A stretch of 64,000 nt of DNA from Eledone cirrhosa. Lineage: Eukaryota. Position numbers and translations under genes: made by a program. The notes beneath the pieces are model-generated. The model was not told the DNA's origin and ran no database searches. It saw only the letters and a program-made list of their open reading frames with translations. Of this stretch, positions 40,058 to 56,340 are shown in pieces. Within the stretch, counting starts at the first letter, position 1. Each line of letters starts with the position of its first letter. The stretch lies in the NCBI GenBank assembly GCA_964016885.1, contig OZ024741.1, positions 331,142,001 through 331,206,000 of the forward strand, written 5' to 3'.

Positions 40058-42087
40058 TAGAGTTGCATTTATCTTGCTTTATATTCATACGAGTTATCAC
40101 CAAGTCACAACCAGTGACCTCAAGAGATAACAAGGTCCACCATGTTCAAGAAAGAACATACATACACACATATGCATCTTTAGGTGTTTAGACTTGTGAT
40201 GTACTTATATTGACAGAATCTTCCTTAGTATATGGGCAGTTCCCATTAGTACTATCTTTTGTATTTCTCCTATACGCGGGTTTCCTGGGATTTGCGATAA
40301 GTAATCATTAGACCCCTTAGGTATCATTCCTAGAGTGCCTACAACCACTGGTATTGTTTTAGTTCTCAATTTCCACATTTTTCCAATTCTATCTCCAGGT
40401 CCTTATACTTGCTCAATTTTTCAAATGATTTTATAGATAGATTCTTGTCTATTGGAACGAACATATCAATTAGCAAGCATACCCTCTTTTTAAAGTCCTT
40501 CAGTATTATATCAGGTCTATTTGCATCTATTTTTCGGTCTGTTTGGATGCTAAAGTTCCACAAGATTGAGATGTGATCTTTTTCAAGTACGGGAGGTTGT
40601 TGATGCTCCCACCAATTCTTTTGATGGGGCAGGTCAAAATGCTTACACATTATCCAATGTATGTATTGTGCAGCTCTGTCGTGCCTGTTTAGGTATTCGG
40701 TTGGAGCTATAGGACTGCACATTGAAATTATATGATCAATGGTCTCTGGTTGTTTTTTACATACACGGCATAATGGGTTGCATCCATTTTTTATTATGTT
40801 GGCTTGGTAATTTTTTGTTGGCAGACACTGATCTTGTGCTGATATAATCAGTCTCTGATTTCAGTCCAGAGGATGCCAACCACTGATGGGTTAAAGTTTT
40901 GTCAACATCAGGGTTGTTAGCTCTGGGTATTTTCCATACAGAGGCTTTTCTTGCCATTTCTTAGCCAGTTTCTGTAGCAGTTCTTTCTTTGCAGTTACTT
41001 TTACCTGCTTTGCTTTTTCTGTGTTTTTCATTTCAGCAGTAAATGGAACTTCTGAAATTTGAAGTTCATTACTGTATCTTTGTGCATCTTTTGTAATGGA
41101 GTATGATCTTTTGATGCTTTTGTCTTTCAAAACGAGTTTGATCATCCAAGTTAACCTCGGATTCCCTTAGATATGTAGATAATCAAATTGTTGCAGTTTT
41201 CAACACAATATCTAACTGGATTAACCCACATCCTCCTTCTTTCCTAGAGAGATATATTCTATCTGTATCTGCCTTAGGGTGATACATTCTGTGCATGGTT
41301 AAGAATTTTCTAATTTTTGTGTCGGGCTTACGAATCTCTGTGCTTGACCAGTTGATGACATTGTAACTGTAGGTTACTACTGGTATGGCAAGCGTGTTTA
41401 TAGCATCGATCCTGTTCCTTGCATTCAATTCCGTTCTTAAGATTGCTCTTACTCTGCGGTAACATTCCTTCCTTATCCTTTCCCTCATTGTTGAGTGCTT
41501 GATTCCGTCTCCTTCACAAACACCTAGATATTTGTAAGTTTTCTCTTGATCAAGTTCTCTTATTACATTCCCCCCGATCAAGATTAATGTCTGAACTTTT
41601 CAGCAACTTTCCTCTGGTGAATGTTGCTTTGGCGCATTTATCTAGTCCAAACTCCATTTTAATGTCATCACTGAACTGCTTCACAGTGAATAATAGCCCT
41701 TGCAATTGCTCATCATTTTTTGCAAATAGTTTCACATCATCCATGTAGAACAAGTGATTAATGGTTTTGCCATAGACTTTATATCTATGTTTTGTTTCAT
41801 TGAGCATTTTACTTAATGGTTTAAGTGCGATGCAGAATAAAAGCGGTGATAAAGAGTCACCCTGAAACATTCCACAATCAATATTAACTTCTCCATCTTC
41901 CAGTGATTTTTTTTCACTATTCAAAAGGAGTGTCGTTTTCCATGTCTTTCTTCATACTGAATGACAGGAACCTCCTGACAATGGGAGATATTTTGAAAAT
42001 CTCTAAACATTTTTCAATGCAACTGTGTAGCAAACTATTGAATGCTTTTTTGTAATCTATCCAAGCAATTGATAGAATTTTGTGTCT
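40058..42087 (-). mobile_element. R4/Dong-like retrotransposon, second subfamily, 5'-truncated
   Basis: GMFQGDSLSPLLF, FYMDDVK, YLNRHDRAAQYIHW, ANRPDIILKD...LIDM, KLSKYKDL. Confidence 0.88.
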
Positions 42088-42094
42088 ATTATTG

Positions 42095-43889
<1,795 letters not shown>

Positions 43890-43890
<1 letters not shown>

Positions 43891-45306
43891 TCCTTGAATC
43901 TCAGTCATTGATGTTAGTTAACTGGAAAGTCCATTGGAATGAATATCAAGCCCCTACCTGCAGCCTCAGATATTCAGGACGTATCGGAGGGTTCTTGCTG
44001 TTCCCAGCAAGCATGCCTTTTGAAGCGTTCCAAAAAGCGTGAAGGGGCCGATTTTCTTTAACCATCCCTGGAAACTTTTGGAGATAGTCCCCAGTGCGCC
44101 TATGACAATCGGGATCACTTTGACTTCATGTCAGTTCCAAATCCTTTTTACCTCCCACTTTAAGTCCTGGTATCGGTTAATTTTCTCCCTCTCCTTCTCT
44201 TGCACTCTCGTGTCGAATGGGCAGGCCACATCCACAATCAGACACGATCTTTTTTCTTTGTCCACAACCACCAGGTCAGGTCTATTGTGTTCCAGTTTCT
44301 TGTCCGTCTGTATCCTAAAATCTCACAGCATCTTCACCTGATCGTTCTCCATCACCGCCTCTGGCTTATGCTCATACCATTTCTCAGAATGTGGTAAATT
44401 GTTTACTTTGCACAGGTGCCAGTGGATCACCCTGCCCATCACATCATGTCTCCAGCCCTTATAGTGGGTCTGGGCTAGGTGTTTACACTCAGATACAATG
44501 TGAGCCACAGTCTCCTCTCTCTCTCCACAGATCCTGCACAGTGGGCTAACCTCCTCCTTGTAAATATGGTGTTTCAACCACTTCGTTTTGAGGGCCTGCT
44601 CCTGCGCAGCCATTAACATTCCTTCTGTAGCCTTTTTGAGGTCTCCTCTTCTGAACCAGTTCCATGTCTGTGGATCTCTAAATTCAGTTTTCTCAAAGAA
44701 GGTACTATGAAGGGATTTTCCCTGAAGGCTGCTCTTTCTCCTTGATGTTATTTCCTCCTTGGACATCCCCTGGCCTATTGTCCCCTCCTTCAGTACAGTT
44801 CTGAGCATTGGCTCCTTACTATCAGTCACGTATTTGTGTAGGTTGTTTTTCTCCATCTGAACACAGTCCTCTATGCTGATAAGACCTCTTCCACCCTCAG
44901 ATCTCCTTAGGTAGAGTCTATCGACATCACTCCTCTTGTGGAACATGTTGTAGATAGTCAATAGCTTCCTAGTCTTCCTATCCGTTTCTTTTTGTTGAGC
45001 AACATTCCATCTCAGAATTCCCGCACTGTACCTAATAATAGACAGAGCTCGGGAATTGTCTGCGCTTATGGCATTTCTGCTGTTCAGATGTGACTTCAAT
45101 ACGCTCCTTACTCTCCGAATGTATTCAGTTCTTAACAATTCCTTCATTTTTTTGTTCTTTATGCCATCAGCCTCCAGAACGCCCAAATACTTGTATCCTT
45201 CCTCAGAGTCAATTTCCTTTATCATCTCACCTGTTGGTATCTGGATTCCGTTACTTCTGCTCAACCTACCCCTCCTCATCACAATGACTCCACACTTACT
45301 AATACC
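43890..45306 (-). mobile_element. R4/Dong copy (first subfamily), flanked on both sides by (ATT)n
   Basis: 319-aa ORF at 44323-45282 with YKYLGV and [13 protein letters not shown]. Confidence 0.9.
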
Positions 45307-45355
<49 letters not shown>

Positions 45356-48300
45356 GGCGACCTACGTAGGAAATCGTATTATCGTGAGCTCCACAAAGGT
45401 TTGTTGTTTTCAGTTGTTTCAAATTGCCATTTATGGAAAATTTTTGTTGTTAAGTGTTTATAAGTTCACATATATTGCTTTCGGAAAAGATTGGGGCCTT
45501 GAGCCCAAAATTTAAACTTTTATAATTATCCAACAAAAAGTTTCTTTGAAAAAATCATGGACGACTCACAGCTACTCCAAGCTGACAGCCTTCCTCACAA
45601 ACTAACACCTCACATCAACAGCACCATTGTAAATATTACTACGTTTGCCAACACTAAAAATATAAACAGTAGCAATAATTTAAATTTGTCTCATGCAGAC
45701 ATTCATTTCCCGCCATTACCAAAAACTGCAGGTGTTAAAGCCGCCACCCCCCACCACCTCCACATCGACAGCAGAAACAAAATAAAAAAAAAATTATTAT
45801 CTCGTGACATCGAAATGGATTCACCCAGAATCGACTCTTCCACACCGAGCACCACTGACGCCACCACCACAACTGAAACTAAAAATAACAGTAACAAAAA
45901 TAACAATAACAACAACAGCAACAATAACAATGAGAATAACAACAAAAACATCAACACCACCGCAAATGTGTCGTTTGCCAAAGCAGCCAAGAAATGCGGA
46001 ACAATCGAGGTAACTCAGGAGGAATTAAATGAAGCCAAGAGAATGGTAAAGAAAGATGGGTACATGGTCAGCCTCCCCCCCACCTAATAAAATGGAGCAT
46101 CGGCGCCTATGCACCGTGTCTTATCGGACGATTAACACAAAATCGAGCCGAGTGGAACGGGCATCCGAGTCCCAAAAAGCTTTGGGACATGTGTGGGCGA
46201 AAAAACCCCACATTAGACGTGGGCAGAAATATGGAACCGTGGACGTGTTCTTTGGAACACCACAGGAGGCCAGAGAACACTCCATGGCCCCATTAAGAAG
46301 TGACGACTTCACACTCGGCCCAAGCTATTGTGGCCAGAGACTCGTGAAGATCAGGCTGACCCACGTTCCACCGGCCATCGAAATTCCCTGGCTAATGGCT
46401 GCCGTCCTCGCCGGCATCGAAGCCAACACCAAGATAATCGAAATAGCGAAAGAAAAGCAGGAGAACTGGTCCGGATCTGGGATGGAGCTCCTGATCCAAG
46501 CGGACCAAAAAAGCATTGAGGAGATCCCAGAGGTAATAGACCTCACTGACGGCAGCCACCTCACCGTAATCGTCGAGGGCAGAAGTTTGTGGTGAAGTAA
46601 CCCACCTAAGGGCTTTCTGCTCTCAGGCTAGAAGATGAGGCCACCTCTCTTACCCACCCCAATGACTCAACCATCAACACCACCAGCAGCAGAAATGGCA
46701 GCAACAACTGTAGCAGCAACAACAGAAGCAACTGTAACAGCAACAACCTTAGCAACAGTAGCAAAACCAACACCACCACCACCCAACGCGCCAGAACTAG
46801 CACCAGCGCCTACACCATCCACCACGCCACAACCAAAACCAACGCCTGTGGAGGATTTTTCACTTCCCGACCTATCGCAACTGGATACAGATTGTGATGA
46901 CGAGGAGTGGGAAACGGTATCAGGAAAAAAGAAAAAAAGAAAAAGAAGCCAAAAAAGAAAAAAATCATCTTCCTTCCCCTTCCAAAAACAAAATACAGAG
47001 GGAAACAAATAAACTATCAAACAAAAAAGTTAGGACAGCTATACCACCATCCACACCAGCATCACCAACCCCATCACCACAAACACCAACACCATCACCA
47101 TCATTATCCCCAACACCACCATCACCAACACCACAAAAGTCACCAAAAAGCGAAACACGAACAAACCCACAACAAACGCAAACAAAACAAAACAACCAAA
47201 ACGATACACACTACACAGCATTACATTTGAACAACAACCAATTATTACACTACATCCAACACAAAAGTTCACACCACATCCACACATACAAATCATTCGC
47301 ATCACACAGAAAACGTACACGACACTAAAACAAAAATTCCCCAAAGATATCGGAGACTTCCGACAAGCACTCTCCAGGAGGATTTATAAGGGCATACTTC
47401 CGGAGGAGGCCAAAAGCAGTGAAAAGGATGGAGAAACCATCCTTCCTCTACGAGAAGTAAGGTAAGTGGTCTTTCCCATCTTTTCCACTCCATTTCAACA
47501 TGTCCTCACTCAGAATAGGTAGCATAAATGCGCGCGGCTTGGGGTCGTCATGGAAGCAGGGCCACCTGCTCAACGACCTCAGGTCACTAAACATAGATGT
47601 AGTGGCCATCAGCGAGACTAGATGTGTACGCATCTCCCAGCCGTCCTGGATCGGGGGGGAGGAGGAGGAGTTGCTGTGCTTTTTCGGAGAGGTTTGGATC
47701 TCGCCATACGGGCCATCTTCCTGGACCCAGAAGGTAAGTTGGTGGTGCTGGACTTGACCAGCGGAGACGGGCAAGCTTTCAGGCTAGTGGCCGTCTATGC
47801 CCCGACAGGAACAGGGCGGCCTGATTTCTTCCGGCGTCTGGAGACCTTTCTTGGAACGTCCCTCTCTTTAGTGTCAGTGGACGACTGGAACGGGATCTTA
47901 GATGCACCCTGGGACTGTGTGGGATTAGCGGATAGGGGAGGAGGGTGCAAGAGCCTCACCAACCTGCTCAGGCGTTTTGAACTGTCTGACAGGTACCGAT
48001 TGGATTTCCCGAATGTGCCAATGTGGACTTGGACAAACCGTATCGGGTCATTCAGATCATATCTAGATAGAGTATTTTGTAGGGAAATAGATAGGTCTAG
48101 CATAGGCTGTCCACAATTCAAGATAGTCAGCTACACGGACCACAAATTCGTGATTTTTGTGATTGACTTAGGCTTCATAGACGAGGACCCGGCTGCTGGA
48201 AGCTAAACGCGTCCTTACCAGCGCGCAAGGCCTACAGAGACCGGATTAGCGAACTAGTTAAGCGGGCGTTGACGGGGCCATCGTCAACAACAAGTGGTGG

Positions 48301-50670
48301 TTTGCTCTGAAAAGAGCGATTAGAATAGAGTCCATTAGGTTTAGTAAGGCTTTAGCAATAGAGAAAAATAGAGCAGAGGGAGAACTAGTTAGAAAATTAG
48401 ACGAGGCGCTTAGGAAAGGCATCGCGACTGACGTATATGTGGCGAAATTGGCCCTTTACCAATTCTTAAATGCAAAGCACGAAGGCTGCGTTGTCAGAGC
48501 TAGGGTGCGTGCTCTCAGACACGAGGGGACGAAAGCCGTTCAATGGGCCCGAGTGGCGGAGGCGCGTCGTTGCAACAAAGCCACGATCCGGTTTTTGGTG
48601 GACCACGACGGGCGCATGCTACTCGATCCCGGGCAAATGTGTGAAGCTTTTCAGCAACACTTCGCTCAGCTGTTCGGGGGCAGCGGCGGGCCGGATCGAG
48701 GGATGGACTTTAGTGTTTACCTCGACGGACTACCGCGGCTCTCGGCCACTGAGGCGGAGGTTGCCGATAATAGCCGCTGAAATACGGGAGGCAATGACTG
48801 GCTGCACAAGGGGTAAATCGCCTGGTTTGGATGGTCTGCCCTATGAACTTTATGTACAGATGCCAGACTTGTTCGGAGACCTCTTGGCGGACGTCTACTG
48901 CAACTGGCAACAGAACGGGAGAATTCCCAGCTCTGTGAGCCGAGGAGCTGTGGCGCTGCTGAGAAAGGATCCGAACAAGGGGGATAACATAGATAATTTC
49001 AGGCCCATAACTCTGCTAAACACAGAGTTCAAGATTGTGGCCAAGGTGCTAGCAAAGAGGTTGGCGCTTGTCGTTGGTGGTCTGGTGGGAGAGGCGCGAC
49101 ATCTGCTCTGTGGTGAGAGTGAACGGTCACCTTTCGGAACCGTTCAACATCATGCGCTCGGTCCGTCAAGGATGTCCCCTCTCGTCCCTCTTGTACGTAT
49201 TGACTCTCGAGCCTTTACTGCACAAACAGGAGAAGTTGAGGGTGGTCCCGCGCGAACTAGGATGCGGAAGATCCGTGTCAGCATATGCGGACGATGTCAC
49301 CGTAGTGGTGTCGAACGCCAAACACATCGAGGCGATCGGCACTACACTAAGAGAATACGAAGCGGTGACAGGAACAATGATCAACCAGGAAAAGTCAGTG
49401 GGCCTGCAGCTAGGCACCTGGAGAGGCAGGTCCATGCCATCCAACAGCGTTGTCGGGCACTGGACGGACGGACCGGTTAAATTGCTAAGGGTCTGGTTCG
49501 GTCCGGACCTCCAGACGGACAAAAACTGGGACGAGGTGACGAGCAGGGTGGCTTCTCTCACCCAGAAATGGGCCGAGAGGAAGCTATCCCTGAAAGGTCG
49601 AGCGGAGGTGGCTAACGCGTACATCGCGTCTGTCATCTACTACCGCCTGACCGTCGTTCCTTGTCCTAAGCCCCGCCTGACTGCGCTGGAGCGTTTGCTC
49701 TTTCGCTTTTTGTGGAAGGGATGCGCTTTGATGGTCTGGCGGTCCATCTGCTGTCAACACCCGCTACGTGGAGGGATGGGCATGCCGTGGCTGATGATGC
49801 GCAGACACGCACTCAGGCTATGACATCTCCACCTCTTCCTCAACAGTGATTAGGTGTGGTCGCCGTGTGCTAGATGCGTCTTCCCCAGCTTGTCTCCTTG
49901 ACGGAGCTGCAGTCCTGGGTCAAGCGAAGACCGAGAGAGAGTGCTTGGAGACTGGAATGTCTTCAGGCGCTCACAGCCCTCGACCAATCGGGCAATGTGA
50001 TCGGTGGAAACTCCACCTTGGCGTTCTATAGACGCACTTGAGGAAACTCAACGTCCTGCACGCACTCGTCCAGTGTCCGAGCATTGCTGACTTGTGGGTT
50101 TATGTCGAACACCTGCTGTCACATGTAGGACGGATCCAGCTATCAGCTGAGTCCATCGTGAGGATTGCCCCGCCCTCTTCCTTTAGCCGGGAAGGGCAGG
50201 CAATTCTTATCTCTCTGGTGGCCATGGCGAAAGAGATAGTATGGTGGACACGTTTGAAAGGGCTGAAGACGAGCACTTACCTCTTCGGTGATGCCCTGAT
50301 TAACTTTTTCAAATTTCATTTGAAAAGGAAAATCAGGGTAGAGAGGGAAGTGCTCTCTTCCCAGCATTTTGTTGAAAGATGGGTGAGAGAGGCAAGAATG
50401 GCCCGAGTATGTGTCTGTAAATTAAAGGTGGAAAACTGGGAGAGGGCACTTGCCCTGGTGGTCAGGGTCACTGTAGCTTTTTAATGGGCTTTCTCCACGA
50501 ATGTCCCTCAGAAGTCTCCCTCCTATTGGGGAATTTTTCATTGTTATTTTTTTGTTACATCCTCTGCTTTTGTTTTTTACATGCAGAAATGCCCATTTGT
50601 ACCGTCCTGTATTGTCCTGTACTGTCCTTAATGTCTACTTTATGTAAACCCTTGTGGTTAATAAAGAAAG

Positions 50671-50730
<60 letters not shown>
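45356..50730 (+). mobile_element. Near-full-length L1/Tx1 element: ORF1 (~45557-47012) and ORF2 APE+RT (47500-50484), disrupted
   Basis: ORF2 starts MSSLRIGSINARGL...AISETR; YLDRV, TDHK, KSPGLDG, YADD. Two internal deletions (~49095, ~50032) relative to 32632-35305. (ATT)n on both sides. Confidence 0.9.
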
Positions 50731-51432
50731 CATAGATCTGTTCAGTTTCTCTACTGCCAATCTTGAATCTAGGGCAATAGAGGTTTTAATTGTAGAGAGA
50801 GAACTTGTTTGGGAATGTGTGCTGTTCCTAGTAGCTTGATCTTCTGTAGCTCATATTTACTGATCTTGCAGAGAAGGGTGCTAAGGTGCAGGTCTGATGA
50901 TTTGGTCCTATTATCAAAGGTCCTATTATGAAAAGGATAGTATTTGTGGTCATTCATTACATGCGGTTGATCTCTATTTCCAGGTCTTTGTACTTTGACA
51001 GTTTTTCCATTGTTTTTACAGATGTGTTCTTGTCAGCTGGTACAGCAATATCTATAAGGCTATATGTCCAATCTGTTTTATTTTTGTTATGATTGTCTGT
51101 GGCAGCAATTTCTTGGTCAGTTATTACAGGCATATTCCAGAAGATGGATATGTTACTAATTTTCATGACTGTTTTTGGTTGATGTTCCTACCATTTGTCA
51201 GAGGTTTGGATGTCATGAAAGTGATAACAGCCTATGGTTCTCAATTTTAGGATGGTGCATTTTATCAGTTGTCAGTAGTATTCTGGTCTTAGTGTTCATC
51301 CTTTGATGTTCCTGCAGGTTCCAGTTTATGATGTTAAAGCTGTATGTTACCACTGGTGCTGCTAGATTGTTGATGGCTTTGAATTTGTTGCAGGAGTTTA
51401 GTTCACTTTTTGTTACCAGTCTTACTCTCCTT
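50731..51432 (-). mobile_element. Old R4/Dong-like 3' fragment, third subfamily
   Basis: IFWNMPVITD...LIDIAVP...EKLSKYKDLEIEI, LQKIKLLGTAHI. Confidence 0.7.
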
Positions 51433-51439
51433 ATCTATT

Positions 51440-51862
51440 CATTTGGATTAGCAGTATCGATAGAGTGTCGGACACCCTGCTTTCCAGCATAGAGCTACGG
51501 CCCTTTACGGTCTGAGTTCAAATCCCGCCGAGGTTAACTTTGCCTTTTATCCTTACAGGGTCGATAAAATAAAGCACCAGTAACGTACTAGGGGTCGATT
51601 TAACCGACTTTCCCCTCCCTCAAATTATTGCTGGCCTTGTGCCTATATTAGAAATCATTGTATTCATTTGGATTAGCAGTATCGAGAGAGTGTCAGACAC
51701 CATGCTTTCCAGCATAGAGCTACGGCCCTTTACGGTCTGAGTTCAAATCCCGCCGAGGTTAACTTTGCCTTTCATCCTTACGGGGTCGATAAAATAAAGT
51801 ACCAGTAATGTACTGGGTAATTGCTGGCCTTGTGCCTAAAGTAGAAACTATTATTATTATTA
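51440..51862 (+). mobile_element. Two tandem SINE family A copies
   Basis: Duplicated tattcatttggattagcagtatcga... units. Confidence 0.85.
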
Positions 51863-52429
51863 TTTGATAGCTGGGCCAACCTGGCACTTTAATATATTAC
51901 TTCTAAAAATGTATTAATTACAATTTCAGAGTTGCACTTGTTTGGCAATTGACTTGATGTGAGATTCTACAGTATATGTTAACACTGAATTACACTTATA
52001 TCATAGAAGAATACTGATAGGCATTTAAAACACACGCACACACACACACATATATATATATACATACATGTATATATACAGACACACATGTATACACACA
52101 CACACGCACACATTCATGTGTATATAAACACACACACTCATGTATACACACAGATGAACACATATGCACATACACATATACACACACATATACACATGTA
52201 CCCACACACATACATACATGCACACACACACATGCACATGTATACACACACACACACATACAGCTATGTTCACTTTTGCTTTATTTCTTGACATTTTATT
52301 GTAATACAATACATAACAGAAAATAACAGAAAATAACATAAAACCTCACAAAAGTGAATGAAATGGTGTTTTAAATGGCTAAGCTTGGACTCCACCATGG
52401 TGTAATAAGTTGTATTATTACTACCATTA

Positions 52430-52955
52430 AAGGCAGTGGATTGGCAGAATCGGTAGAGTGTCGGACAACATGCTTAGTGGCATAGAGTTATGACCCTCTA
52501 TTAGGGTGGTAGATCGGCAGTAATTGGTAGTGTGTCAGACACCATGCTTAGTGGCATAGAGTTATGGCCCTTTACATTCTGAGTTCAAATCCCGCCGAGG
52601 TTAGCTTTGCCTTTCATCCTTACGGGGTCGATAAAATAAAGCACCAGTAACATACTGGGGGTGATTTAATCGACTTTCCCTTCCCCCTAAATTACTGGCC
52701 TTGTGCCTAAATCAGAAACCATTATTAAGGTGGTAGATTGGCAGTAATTGGTAGAGATTCGGACACCATGATTTACGTCATAGTGTTACTTCCCTTTACA
52801 TTCTGAGTTTAAATCCTACTGAGGTTAGTTTTGTATTTCATCATTACGGGGTCGATAACATATAGTACCAGTAATGCACTGGGATCGATTTAATCAACTT
52901 TCCCTTTCTCTTCAAATTGCTGGCCCTGTGCCAAATGTAGAAGCAATTATTATTA
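52430..52955 (+). mobile_element. Tandem SINE family A cluster (one partial and two full copies)
   Basis: Repeated head and core. Confidence 0.85.
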
Positions 52956-53014
52956 CTGCCATTTTTCGGAATATAGTCAAAATCTTACTAAAACCTTTCA
53001 GTATAGTATTTATA

Positions 53015-53046
<32 letters not shown>

Positions 53047-53102
53047 TCTCTCATTCTTTCTCTCTCTCTCATTCTCTCTCTCTCTATATATATATATTAT
53101 AG

Positions 53103-53535
53103 AGTATGGCTTAGTGGTTAGAGCATTGGGCTTGCAATCAAAAGGTTGTGAGTTCAATACTCGGACCAGGGGATGTGTTGTTTCCTTGAGCAGACACTTT
53201 ATTTCACATTGCTGCAGTTTACTCAGCTGTAGAAATGAGATGATAGGACTGTGGTCCCTATCATTCCACTGCAAAGTGGTCGTGGAGGTGCCACGGCAAA
53301 AAAGCACCCAGCCCACACTGTAAAGTGGACGTGGAGGTGCCACGGAAAAAAAGCACCCAGCACTCACTGTAAATGAGGTTGGCGTTAGGAAGGGCCTCCA
53401 GCTGTAGAAATCAAGCCGGAATTCAGTTCCTGTATGAGCAAGACAAGGTCAGCCGACCGGACACTGCTCACAACAGGACAACTCGTCTAACCCATACTAG
53501 CGTGGAAGAACGGATGTAAAACGGTGATGATGATA
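53103..53535 (+). mobile_element. SINE family B, full length
   Basis: tRNA-like head, CORE-like centre, tail ctaacccatactagcgtggaagaacggatgtaaaacggtgatgat. Confidence 0.8.
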
Positions 53536-53644
53536 TATATAAAGTGCTTGGTGATAAGAAGGGCATCCAGCCATATTTTATATATATATATATACACACA
53601 TATCTATCTATCTACCTCCCTTTATGTTCACCCGTATTGTAAAC

Positions 53645-55552
53645 CAAGGTAATACAGAATGGGGTCATACCAAAAGACTGGCGTAGCAGCATCATCATTA
53701 ACTGCTACAAGGGTAAAGGGGATGCTCTAGACAGAGGAAACTATAGAGGCATTAAATTAATTGATCAGGTCATGAAGGTCACAGAAAGAGTTATAGCGCA
53801 ACTAATCAGAGAGCGAAGTGATCAAGATGAAATGAGTTTGTGTCAGGTAAAAGTACCACAGACGCTCTTTTCCTTGTACAACAACTACAGAAGTACCTAG
53901 CTAAAAGTAAACCCCTCTACTTAGCTTTTGTAGACCTGGAGAAAGCCTTTGACAGAGTCGCCTGCTCCATTATCTGGTGGGTTCTTAGAAAACTAGGTGT
54001 AAATGAATGGCTTGTGAGAGCTATACAAGCCATGTTTAAAGAAACAGTCAGTAAGGTTAGAATTAACAATGAATATAGAGAAGAATTTAATGTAAAAGTT
54101 GATGTTCATCAAGGCTCAGTCCTTAGCCCCCTCCTATTTATTATTGCCCTTCAGGCTATAACAGAGGAGTTTAAGACCGGCTGTCCATGGGAACTCCTAT
54201 ACGCAGATGATCTAACTCTCATAGCTGAATCTATGGCTTAGAATCAAAAGGCCTTAAAGTTAACTTGTCTAAGACTAAAGTTCTAGTTTGTAGAAAGGAA
54301 AATAGGGCACAGGTTCCCTCAGGGAAATGGCGATGCTCAGTGTGTAGGAAAGGAGTTGGTAGAAATTCCATTTTATGTCCCAAATGCAAACTATGGGTAC
54401 ATAAAAGATGTAGTGGGATCACAGGTAAACTATCTAAGAATGTAGATTTTATATGTGGCCGATGCTCATGTGCAATAAGTAGCAAGTGCCCATAGGATAC
54501 TAGCTCCTTCCATTGCCCAGATGGTTCTATAGAAATAGTCGACACTTTCCGTTACCTGGGTGACAAATTCAGCAGTGGTGGAGGGTGCTAAGAAAATACA
54601 ATAGCCAGAGTCAGAATGGGATGGAAAAAGTTCAGAGAGCTTATACCGCTGTTGCCCACAAAAGGTTTCTCTCTATTAATGAAAGGCAGATTGTATGATG
54701 CCTGTATACGAACAGCAATGCTACATGGCAGTGAGACATGGGCATTGCATGCAGAGGACCTGCGCAGACTGGAAAGGAATGAAGCATGCATGCTCCGTTG
54801 GATGTGTAATAGTAATATACGTGAACGGCAAAGCAAAAATAAACTAAGTGAGAAATAACGAATAAGAGGGATCAGATGCTGTTTACTTGAGAGAAGACTA
54901 TGTTGGTATGGTCACGTGATGCACATGAAAGATGACAGCTGTATACAAAAGTGCAGGGCGATCAAAATTGATGGAAGTTACGGAGTAGGTAGATCCAGAA
55001 AAACCTGGGACGATTTGATAAATTCCGACCTCACACACTTACACTTCTCCAAGACAATGTCACTGGACTGGGATCTTTGGCGCTTCGCAGTAAATACAGA
55101 AGACCCGCCTTGCCTATGTACAAAGCAAAACCTACAGTCAGTAGGCACCTCTTAACCAAATATACACCCCAATCCACTACCCCTACTTTATCCTCCCACT
55201 CTCACCAACACCACCCTCTCTCTGTAAAGTTGGTACCACAACGTTCAGTCCAAATAAATGAGATAATGAGATTGAGATCGAGATCGTGTAGGTGTCACGA
55301 CAAAAAAAAAAAACACACAGTCCACGCTGTAATGTGGCCGTGTAGGTAACACGGTAAAAAGTTCCCAGTCCACACTGTAAATGTAGTTGGTGTTAGGAAG
55401 GACATCCAGCCGTAGAAAACCTGCCAGATAGTCCTATATGAGCGAGACACGGTCACCCAACCAACCTTGCCTCAAGTGGGACAACTCCCGTCTAACCCAT
55501 GCTAGCGTGGAAAATGGACGTTAAATGAAGATGATGATGATGATGATGATAT
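53645..55552 (+). mobile_element. 5'-truncated RTE-X-like LINE with long 3' UTR
   Basis: NYRGIKL, FVDLEKAFDRV, HQGSVLSPLLF, YADD, CSVCRKG...CPKCKLWVHKRCSG, HGSETW; (GAT)n tail. Confidence 0.88.
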
Positions 55553-55707
55553 GTATATATATATATAATAATAATAATAATAATAATTGTTTCTACTTTT
55601 GGCACAAGGCTAGCAATTATCCCAGTGTATTACTGGTACTTTATTACGCTGGGATAATCGCTGGCCTTGTGCCAAAAGTAGAAACAATTATATATATATA
55701 TATATAT

Positions 55708-56112
55708 ACAGAAGACCCGCCTTGCGTAAGTACAAAGCGAAACCTACAGTCAGTAGGCACCTCTAACAAAAATACACCCCGTCCCACTACCACCACCCCA
55801 TCCACACCACCCCTTTCAATGTAAAGTTATGTTGGTACCACAACATCCAGTCTGAAACAAATGAGGTCGTGTTGGTGTCACGACAAAAAAACACACAGTC
55901 CATGCTGTAATGTGGCCGTGTAGGTAACACGGTAAAAATCTCCCAGTCCACACTGTAAACGTGGTTGGTGTTAGGAAGGGCATCCAGCCCTAAAAAACCC
56001 GCCATACAGTCCTATACGAGCAAGACAACCAATCTTGCCTCAAGTGGGAAAATTCCCGTCCAAACCCATGCAAGCGTGGAAGATGGACGTTAAACGATGA
56101 TTATGATGATGA
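55708..56112 (+). mobile_element. RTE-X 3' UTR fragment
   Basis: acagaagacccgccttgc...; matches 55096-55550. Confidence 0.75.
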
Positions 56113-56124
56113 TATATATACATA

Positions 56125-56340
56125 TAAATTTTCTACTTTAGGCACAAGGCCAACAATTTTGGAGATGGGGAAATTGATTAAATCGACCACAGTGCGTGAC
56201 TGGTACTTTATTTTATCGACCCTGTAAGGATGAAAGGCAAAGCTAACCTCAGCAGGATTTGAAATCAGAACATAAAAAGCCGTAATTCTATGCCACGAAG
56301 CATTTGGTCTGACGCTCTACCTATTCTACCAATCCACCAC
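56125..56340 (-). mobile_element. SINE family A
   Basis: Core and head present. Confidence 0.8.
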
